Below, in pieces: positions 26,601 to 33,125 of a stretch of DNA of 33,125 nucleotides. Within the stretch, counting starts at the first letter, position 1. Every line of letters starts with the position of its first letter. Origin of the DNA: Nitrospira japonica (lineage in GTDB: Bacteria; Nitrospirota; Thermodesulfovibrionia; Thermodesulfovibrionales; SM23-35). Below the pieces are notes generated by a model that did not search any database, was not told the DNA's origin, and worked only from the letters and a program-made list of their open reading frames with translations. The position numbers and the translations under genes are program-made. The stretch spans positions 1-33,125 of the forward strand of contig DYFC01000020.1 of the NCBI GenBank assembly GCA_020725385.1, read 5' to 3'.

Positions 26601-29600
26601 CCGCCAATCAAATCATTGTTTGATTTGCTTTTTGGCTGTACGAGCAATTTAAAAGGTTTTGCATCCTTAGGAACAAAACCAATAACACTTGAATTCTCAA
26701 CATATTCCATGCGGTTGGAAGATTCAGGATAATCCCAATAATAGTAAATAAGCTCATCTTTAATTTTTGGCTCTGTGATTAAAGTAACCTTAATCTCCTG
26801 CCCAACTCTTCCTTTGCCTTTTTCCGGTTCAAATGTCCACTTGAATTTTGGCGGTAACACTTTTACCTCTATCTGATCGGCTTCGCCAACTGTTTCATAA
26901 ATACTTCCACTTACATTCTGCTGAATTTCAGCCCATATTTTGATTTTATTATCACGTCCCATCTGATCGAATAATATATCGGTTTTACCATCTTCACTCG
27001 TTGAAGGATAAAAACTGATTGCTGGTTCGGATTGCCATATTACCCTGTATTGACCGGCTTTTTTTGTTTTTCCTGAAGTAAAACTAATTGTCTTACCATC
27101 TTCTGTTTTTGCCTGAACAGAAACCTTCTGCTTCCATGTCCCGAAGATAACTTCCTTTGGAAGACCTGTTATGATTCCTGTGACACCTCCAACTTTCAGG
27201 ACAATACTTGCCTGACCTCTGCTTCCTGTTACATCTGTAACTTCAACAGAAAGTGTATGTTCTCCGGGCTTCATAGACATAAATGTTACTGTCTCGCCTT
27301 TGCCCGAATAATTGCCTTTCCATTCATAAGTGAATGGTGCTTTACCACCTTTCACTTCAGCAGTTACATTTGTTGATTCTTCACGTTTTAATATAGTTTT
27401 ATTTGCTTTGAGAGTTACACTCAGCTTTGTTTGATCAGATACAACTCCATCAACTGAACCGCAGGAACTTGAATAAGCCCATGGAAGTACAGGAGGAGAT
27501 GGAATAGGGTCAGGAAGATTCAATTTTGTTCTTAATGCTTCAATTTCATTCACATATTCTTTATACATGCTCCATGTAATATAGTCCTGATAATTCTTTA
27601 AAACCTTAGATTCTTTAACTTCGCTTAACTTTCCTTTAAGTTCCTGCTGGTGTTCTCTATGTGGTTTTGAAATCTGCTCATAGCATTTAAATTCTTCATA
27701 TGACATAGGATCTGCCAATCTTGCAGCTTCCTCTGCGCGTGCCTGATCTGCTGCACTGCATGGTTTATCTTCCTTAATAACATTAATCAAAACCATTTCA
27801 CCTGTGAGAGGGTCGGGTTTACTTTCTTTAACTACATACGGCCCGCAATTACCAATTGATTTTCTTATTTCTTCAACTTTTTTCTGGCACGTATCATCAC
27901 ATTGTGGATATGCGCCGGAAGCAGCTTTTTTAAGTACTGTCTTACGTATTTCTTTTTCAGCCTTAGTATGGGTCTTTTTATCTAACTCTATAAGAGCTTC
28001 AAGATAATCAGGTATTTGTTCAAGCCATTTGTATTTTTTTTCAGCAAGAGTCTTCAAATCTTCTGTCTTTGTTTTTTCACCTGTTTTATCATCAGGTTTG
28101 GTTCCATCTTTTTCTTTTCCCTTTACAAAAATCTGTGCCACTGCTTCGCCTGTTCTTCCTTTTTCATCTCTAACTTCACAGACAACAGGAACAAGGTTTT
28201 CACGTCCTTTACCAGAAAATTTCAAAGTTATACTGTTAATACCAGGCTTTTGAGTAACATTATTGAAAGTAAGCCTTCCGCTGTCAGGAAAAGGCTTTGC
28301 AGTGCATATGATTTCTCTAATATCTTCCTGGGTAATAGTGTCCCTTTCAGGCTTAACAGTAACTTCAAGTTTCAATCTATCCTCAGCAGAAATGACTTTT
28401 ACAGGAGAAGTTTCAGCCTCTGCTTTTCTTCCATATTTATCGCTTACTATGACTTTCAGAGTGATGTAGCTTCCGGATTTTCCTGCTCCTGATACACTGC
28501 TACATTTTGAGGTTTGATTGGGTCTCCAGAATTTGTCATCTTTCTCAAACCATTCAAATTTATATTTATCAACAGGCTCCCCTGGTTTTATTGAAGGATT
28601 TTCAACGCAAACAACAAGATTCTCTGCATCTGTTATTGATGAAGGTATTTCTCCGAATTGTATTTTTATTTCATCCGAAGATATAACTTTCAGATATTTT
28701 TCAGCTTGCCCATCACGAAGCATCTGTTTGAAAGTCTTGCTTTTAGAATTATCATCAATGTCCTGCACATATAAAACAAGCTTTACTTCATCATTTTCAG
28801 AAAATTCTCTACTATCTATAATTAGAGATGATTCATTTCTTTTTCCTTTAATTTCTCTTTCTCTGCCATTAACAAAAAGATTCCACTGATAGCGCATTCT
28901 GCCACTATCGGATTTTCTGATTACATCTGACTTGAAAGTTATTAATTGTTCATCAATTTTTATAACTTCTTTTTCTTCAGGAAGTATTTTAACAGTCAAC
29001 CCTTTTTTATCTGTAACTTTGATAGAGATATAGGAAATGTCTGTGTAGCCAGTGTCAGTTTTGGCTCTAACGCCAATTTTTACATCCTGACCTTTTCTGC
29101 CTTTGCCATAGAATTTGTAAGTATCTCCGGTTTCCTTTGAATCTCTTTTATCGTCAATAAACCAGATATATTCTTTTATTTTTTCCCTGCCTGAATAGTT
29201 TTCATCGGGTTTTACTTTTATTATTGATATTTCATCTTCCTGAATTTCCTTATGGTCAGCCGTGACCATAAGTTTTATTTTAGGGCATTTTTCAGAAGGT
29301 AGAACATTTATCTTTTTGTCCTTGAAAATATCTAATTCAGAATCTTTAGAAGGTCTTACTGTAAATCTCAATGTGTGTTGTCCTGAATATTTCGGAACCC
29401 ATTCAGCTTTTACATTTCCAACAGGATTTATCTCTTCTGTCATGTAGCCAAAACTTTCCCATTTTGTAAAGCATTCAGGGCATTCTCTGTCTAATCTTGC
29501 TGTGAGAATAACCGGAGAGCCTTCACATATAGTGTCAGGCTCGATAAAAATATCCTCTATTGCAATTATGGTCGATTTATTCTTTAAATCATTCAGCGCT

Positions 29601-32600
29601 TTTTCATACGCTTCACTGTATTCTTTTTCTCTTTTTGTGCCCTTATAGTATTCCCGACAAACTGCAGCCTGTATTAATGGAGTTAAGATTTCTTTATTTG
29701 AATTTTTTCCGCCAATAATTTTTAATGCTTCATTAGATGCTTTACTGATAGCGCTTCTTAATTCATTGTCTTTCTTTTGGATCTTTTCTAACAATTTATT
29801 AATTGAGTCTGTGCTGCATTTTGGCATGAAGTCCGAAATCCATCTGTAATAATCATTTTCATCTTCTTCTTTGAAATCTGCTCTCTTTAAATTAATGCAA
29901 TCAATATTCCATTCATCAACAATATCTTTTACGATTCCGCTGTTATATTTTTTAAGCTGATTATAATTATTTATTATTGTCTGGAATCTCTCAGCATCAT
30001 CCCTTATATCTTCTGTAGATTTATCAGGTCCAAGAACATAACTTTTCCATGAAGGACTTTTTGAATATTCAACAAGATGATAGGTACAGTTCAATTCTTT
30101 TTCTATTTTAATTATTTCAGCATAGCTTGTTCCCGATGCCCAGCCTTTAGCTATTTCAAGCTTTTCCACGAGTCCTCTGAAATATTCAAGAACAACATCA
30201 TCAACTTTTTTCCTGTAAAGATTGTATATCTCTTCACCATATTTACTCCCGCGTGTATCATATTTATATGGGAATTCTCCCATCTGTCCTGAAGAGATTG
30301 ATTTATTTGAAAGCATTTCCTGAAGCTGTACTAATACAGGATGATTTTTTATCTGGGGAATAATTATATGATAAACTCCGGGGCATGTTTTTGGTATATT
30401 TAAAATATCTTCTTTTTTGTTGAGAAATATTTCATCGCCTGAAGGGCATTTATATTTTAAGCTCACAATTTTCCATTTCTTGCCTTCTCTTTCAAACTGA
30501 GCTCCTTTGAAAATTTCATCGATCATCTCATCATATTGCCACTTATTGTATTTATCAATTCCCCATTCTGCTGTTCCCCTAACCATTCCATAGATGCCCT
30601 CAGGCACTGCTGTTAAAGGACAGAAAAGATATGCTGTCTCAATAAGTAATCTGCCGTAACTACCCATGACTAAGGCTTCAGTGGCAGCATATCCTGGAAG
30701 TCTCCTTGACATCAATTCAAAGCCAAGATTTACAAAACCTTCTGACCATGTTTCGGCATTCATTATTGCATCCCAGTATGCTTTACCCTCCATCGCAAGA
30801 TTGATTCCTTTATACATCGTGCTGTTGCCAATTTTCCCGAGAATAGAATCATTTAATGCTTGATTAATTTCAGGAACAGGCAAAGGATTATTAATCTGCC
30901 ATTTTTTATCTTTTGATCTTACGAATTCAAGAACTTTCTTTGAACGTAATTGTTCAATAGTATGGTTATCAAGCACATCAAGGAAATTATTGAATGCATC
31001 AATTTGCTGATCAACCTTGTTATACATTGAAGAAATTCTTATCCACGCGATCGCAAGCCATGTTTTTGCAGCTCTTGGATTGTCAAGCATATTCTTCATT
31101 AAATCAGCAAGACGTTTCTGTTCTTCAGCAGGCAGGGAAGATTTCTTCCGGTTGAAATATTCTGCCAGCTTTTTCATAACTTCATAAGCTCGTTCAGGAA
31201 AAGGGACAGATTCATCACCGCCTTTAAAAGCCCGATATTCATTTTCAAGGTCATTCAATAATTTTAGTTTTTCAGCATCCTGTTCTTCAGGTGTAAGTTT
31301 TTTCTCAGCAAGCATTATTCTTGCGTTTATTCCTTCATTTATATTATGGATAATCACTTCCTGTGAACGTTTTGCGATTTCACTTAAGGCTTCCTCTGGA
31401 TTAGTAAACCAGTTTGCATCACCTACAAGATCTCCTGTTCTTTTCATTGTCAGCCATAAGGCAATTTCAGGGTTTATACCTTTCATCTGTTTAAGATTGG
31501 TTATCATAGCTGCAAAATTTATTATTGGAGCATCCTTTGTAACAGTAGAAGCATTTGCAGCTTTCATGATTTTATTATGTTCGCCTGCGCTTCTATTTAA
31601 GTATTTACACATCTTGATAATTTTTTCATGGACTGCAAGATTTGAATCAATTGCATCAGAGGTTATATGTCTCAGAAATTCAAGACTTATGCCTGGCTCC
31701 ATATCATACTTTGGCTCAGGAGTTGATTTTTCTGATAATATTTCAGCGAGCCTGTCAGGCTCTCCCCTACTCATTCCAACATTATTTTTCAAAACAGCAA
31801 ATGCTACTGCTTTCTCTGTTTCATTTGCTTCCCTTGAACTTAAAGAACCATCTTTTTCATTCCTTTGTATTACATACATCTTCCCCCGCCTGATAGCATC
31901 AATCTCAGCCCAATCAGCGCCGTAATCTCCAATATATACAGCATAGGTAGCAGCCCTATGAGCTGTTGCAAGAGCATCAACAGCCACCATATCCATATTG
32001 AAAAATCTAACAACTTCGCTCTCAAACATATCCCTAATTATCTTTGCCTGTTCAACATCAAGCATTATTATAGTGAAATCAATATCACCTTCAAAGCGCA
32101 TTTTTTCGAGAGGCTCTGATACCCATCCTCCGACATCCATTCTAAAGATAGGCGGGCTGTCAGGATGCTCGCTCATATAACGTCTGGCAACACTCTCCCA
32201 CAATTTGATTACATTATCACGCCTGAATCTCATAAGATTCTGCTCTAAGGATTTGAAGTTATCATTCCAGTATTGGATAGCTTTTCTATAATCACCTGTC
32301 TCTTTTATCTTTTGATTGATTACATCAGCTTTGAATGATACAAGATCTTTTATTGAAATCTTTATATCGCCATCTCCCATTTTTCTGAAAAAATCTATTT
32401 CGCTCTTATTTGTTTTATATTCTTCAAATAATGACATAATCTTTTCTGCTTTTGGAGACAATGGAGGAGCAGGCTTTTCCCCTGTCTTTATTCTTCTTCC
32501 GCCTGTTTTATCAATTGTAATGACTGCTTTTTCTGTCCAGTCAATGGCTCTGATAGTTGCCCCTACTATTACATCAACCATGTCTCCTTTGAGATTTTCA

Positions 32601-32866
32601 AGCTTGCAAGAAAGTTCAGTACCGCCTTCTTTACATTTAAGCAAAGGGTCAATTTCCCATAATATTCTGCTTCCAGAAGGTGCATTTTCAACTTTTATTG
32701 TGAATGGACTTTTAACTTTAACCGATGTTTCAGGAAAGACTAATTTTGGGTCCTGTGCATATACAAATGTTGGAGAAAAAAGAAATGCAATTAATAATGA
32801 GAGTAAAATAGAAGAAAATTTTGCTTTGATAATTCCTGTAGAAGGTTTAATGTATGAAAAATTCAT
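23690..32866 (-). CDS. Giant (3058 aa) predicted secreted multidomain protein: NTase-like motif, helical/hydrophobic region, Ig/PKD-like domains, TPRs, C-terminal beta domains
   Basis: Uninterrupted 9.2-kb ORF with GGGGG RBS and a signal peptide ending FVYA|QD. Contains PKD-like segments (GGKAPFTYEW, YKWSV, VEVTD..G), TPR-like helices and C-terminal GKWNTNWG/ISGKW/NLSGTW beta repeats. Confidence 0.85.
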   Translation of the reverse strand: MNFSYIKPSTGIIKAKFSSILLSLLIAFLFSPTFVYAQDPKLVFPETSVKVKSPFTIKVENAPSGSRILWEIDPLLKCKEGGTELSCKLENLKGDMVDVIVGATIRAIDWTEKAVITIDKTGGRRIKTGEKPAPPLSPKAEKIMSLFEEYKTNKSEIDFFRKMGDGDIKISIKDLVSFKADVINQKIKETGDYRKAIQYWNDNFKSLEQNLMRFRRDNVIKLWESVARRYMSEHPDSPPIFRMDVGGWVSEPLEKMRFEGDIDFTIIMLDVEQAKIIRDMFESEVVRFFNMDMVAVDALATAHRAATYAVYIGDYGADWAEIDAIRRGKMYVIQRNEKDGSLSSREANETEKAVAFAVLKNNVGMSRGEPDRLAEILSEKSTPEPKYDMEPGISLEFLRHITSDAIDSNLAVHEKIIKMCKYLNRSAGEHNKIMKAANASTVTKDAPIINFAAMITNLKQMKGINPEIALWLTMKRTGDLVGDANWFTNPEEALSEIAKRSQEVIIHNINEGINARIMLAEKKLTPEEQDAEKLKLLNDLENEYRAFKGGDESVPFPERAYEVMKKLAEYFNRKKSSLPAEEQKRLADLMKNMLDNPRAAKTWLAIAWIRISSMYNKVDQQIDAFNNFLDVLDNHTIEQLRSKKVLEFVRSKDKKWQINNPLPVPEINQALNDSILGKIGNSTMYKGINLAMEGKAYWDAIMNAETWSEGFVNLGFELMSRRLPGYAATEALVMGSYGRLLIETAYLFCPLTAVPEGIYGMVRGTAEWGIDKYNKWQYDEMIDEIFKGAQFEREGKKWKIVSLKYKCPSGDEIFLNKKEDILNIPKTCPGVYHIIIPQIKNHPVLVQLQEMLSNKSISSGQMGEFPYKYDTRGSKYGEEIYNLYRKKVDDVVLEYFRGLVEKLEIAKGWASGTSYAEIIKIEKELNCTYHLVEYSKSPSWKSYVLGPDKSTEDIRDDAERFQTIINNYNQLKKYNSGIVKDIVDEWNIDCINLKRADFKEEDENDYYRWISDFMPKCSTDSINKLLEKIQKKDNELRSAISKASNEALKIIGGKNSNKEILTPLIQAAVCREYYKGTKREKEYSEAYEKALNDLKNKSTIIAIEDIFIEPDTICEGSPVILTARLDRECPECFTKWESFGYMTEEINPVGNVKAEWVPKYSGQHTLRFTVRPSKDSELDIFKDKKINVLPSEKCPKIKLMVTADHKEIQEDEISIIKVKPDENYSGREKIKEYIWFIDDKRDSKETGDTYKFYGKGRKGQDVKIGVRAKTDTGYTDISYISIKVTDKKGLTVKILPEEKEVIKIDEQLITFKSDVIRKSDSGRMRYQWNLFVNGREREIKGKRNESSLIIDSREFSENDEVKLVLYVQDIDDNSKSKTFKQMLRDGQAEKYLKVISSDEIKIQFGEIPSSITDAENLVVCVENPSIKPGEPVDKYKFEWFEKDDKFWRPNQTSKCSSVSGAGKSGSYITLKVIVSDKYGRKAEAETSPVKVISAEDRLKLEVTVKPERDTITQEDIREIICTAKPFPDSGRLTFNNVTQKPGINSITLKFSGKGRENLVPVVCEVRDEKGRTGEAVAQIFVKGKEKDGTKPDDKTGEKTKTEDLKTLAEKKYKWLEQIPDYLEALIELDKKTHTKAEKEIRKTVLKKAASGAYPQCDDTCQKKVEEIRKSIGNCGPYVVKESKPDPLTGEMVLINVIKEDKPCSAADQARAEEAARLADPMSYEEFKCYEQISKPHREHQQELKGKLSEVKESKVLKNYQDYITWSMYKEYVNEIEALRTKLNLPDPIPSPPVLPWAYSSSCGSVDGVVSDQTKLSVTLKANKTILKREESTNVTAEVKGGKAPFTYEWKGNYSGKGETVTFMSMKPGEHTLSVEVTDVTGSRGQASIVLKVGGVTGIITGLPKEVIFGTWKQKVSVQAKTEDGKTISFTSGKTKKAGQYRVIWQSEPAISFYPSTSEDGKTDILFDQMGRDNKIKIWAEIQQNVSGSIYETVGEADQIEVKVLPPKFKWTFEPEKGKGRVGQEIKVTLITEPKIKDELIYYYWDYPESSNRMEYVENSSVIGFVPKDAKPFKLLVQPKSKSNNDLIGGALTEEYQVAPYKVTITEPHYAASKPKLWKCDTQPGGAQKCGMVEVSDQFAVHHNIYMEAQISPEVSKSDLRYKWSVQPDGICGIPGSGDQITLNCSSTGTFNITVQINDSKGILLGSDSKSLNITISEKTLKDSQKKIEEAEKSKNNLSKAFELLNQGKIDEAIELAEDAAKSDPESSSLQKFSQEIKKLGWDAVYERDFDKGLKLLKAAVKFAPKDNDAKEKLEKTNKFKKIWPQVENKAKEFENLIDEKKIVSAYKKILDIQDLQQEMPGQMANKFSQDLNMRWNKANEEYNQFIQESLKKHQGFYDVMDWDGMLTHVKEVLKREHTPAEQKIWEGNLDFAKQKIAERNQAWQYYQNVKSIFEKGDKEQAYGMLGELKNKPQYFMKTDPRREKIIELISELEKWNKIRSAKNHAMNLFIAGDEFLRTYLYSQAADAYFEGLKAIRDYGDINDPIYAKYYNKYQDCVAKDKRLKELLPGVRSAAMDEKPLSIEIIENALRDAQEMVDLQPNNTDSQIFKARLEQKLKNARKAKENKAIADNLWTEGDGLYRERKYSEALNKLKESLKFWSNSEREKYVKDLEKTLSKNKEIAKKLREEGEKLQNQNKLKDAISKYHESLKYWPDSALEEHIRKIEENIFDKAKADELWKEGTNLFNQGQPSKALDKFRESIKYWTNNERANYVKELDSRKVKAQKLRDEGAIFQNQKRYRDAISKYRESLKYWPDPALEEHIAKIESMITGTTTVTETETGTGASQEDINYVRGFEGKWNTNWGVLEFTIDGIKVYGNYTHDKGRIEATLSSDKKTMHGMWLEAPSYSPPRDGGRVTFTLSPDGNSISGKWGYGDSLSGGDWTGTRIKEKKDDVIKIPTEGTREIINLSGTWIAKCKGGDTYSVKIIQNGSSFEAEVDVDKYRGTINGRKISGKSIDNIDTISGDIISNNEINVTLTGYIGNSTISNNCTLTRGGNKK
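24390..24995 (-). repeat. Intragenic tandem duplication of a ~100-aa double-TPR unit
   Basis: KA.AD.LW.EG...YVK.L...A.KLR.EG...QNQ....DAISKY.ESLKYWPD.ALEEHI.KIE occurs twice. The near-identical DNA blocks starting at 24401 and 24704 are offset by 303 nt. Confidence 0.85.
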
Positions 32867-32986
32867 AATAGCCCCCTGAAAGTATTTAAAATTACTTTAA
32901 TGTATCATAATAAGGGAGAATATATAAATCTTAATTTTCAGGTTCGACAACGTGAATCTTTCAATCTTATAGTCTATTATTTAAAA

Positions 32987-33125
32987 AGCAGAGAGCAAAG
33001 AGCAACGAACAAAAGTGCGTGAAACGTAAAGTGTAAAGAATAGGATGTGAACTGTAAAAGCGTAAAATGTGAAAGCGTAAAACGTGTGCACGAGAGTACG
33101 TAAAGCATAAAACGTAAGTTGTGAA
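32987..33125. repeat. Degenerate 7-8-nt tandem repeats (AGCAGAG/AGCAAAG, then CGTGAAA/CGTAAAA/TGTAAAG)
   Basis: Visible heptamer periodicity running to the window end, in non-coding sequence. Confidence 0.7.

Noticed and set aside
23925-32879. Many 60-187-aa plus-strand and alternate-frame ORFs inside the giant gene (e.g. 32316-32879, 28016-28492)
   Set aside because: These are shadow ORFs of a long coding region with no recognisable motifs. None looks like a credible immunity gene.

Overview
AT-rich bacterial chromosomal window with about 21 protein-coding genes. The gene content (NrfHA, system II cytochrome c biogenesis, CooC, PpsA) fits an anaerobe, possibly Nitrospirota/Thermodesulfovibrionia-like, although the taxon is an inference. 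Gene order: a probable mobile-element end truncating rsmD; coaD; a ppsR-ppsA(archaeal-like)-UPF0146-ppsR cluster; nrfHA with a Ca2+-independent-type NrfA, divergent from a protoglobin-PsiE fusion; an NAD epimerase/reductase plus serine-palmitoyltransferase-like pair (candidate sphingolipid synthesis); htpX; ccsA/resB; a small lipoprotein; cooC; namZ with a MurU-AmgK fusion; a TPR-glycosyltransferase bracketed by REP-like hairpins; a GT4-like glycosyltransferase; an atypical LuxR regulator; vanZ; and a 3058-aa secreted multidomain protein. The best leads are (i) the giant protein, with a Pol-beta-type nucleotidyltransferase motif, a hydrophobic region, Ig-like domains and TPRs, (ii) a family of 32-bp TGTC...CTTGA...CCAG hairpins with covarying stems, two of which form a perfect 36-bp inverted repeat around one gene, (iii) the spt-cerR-like pair, (iv) the dual-PSRP PEP synthase locus and (v) the transposon-like end inside rsmD. 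No rRNA, tRNA or CRISPR array was seen. All homology calls come from motif recognition, not database searches.
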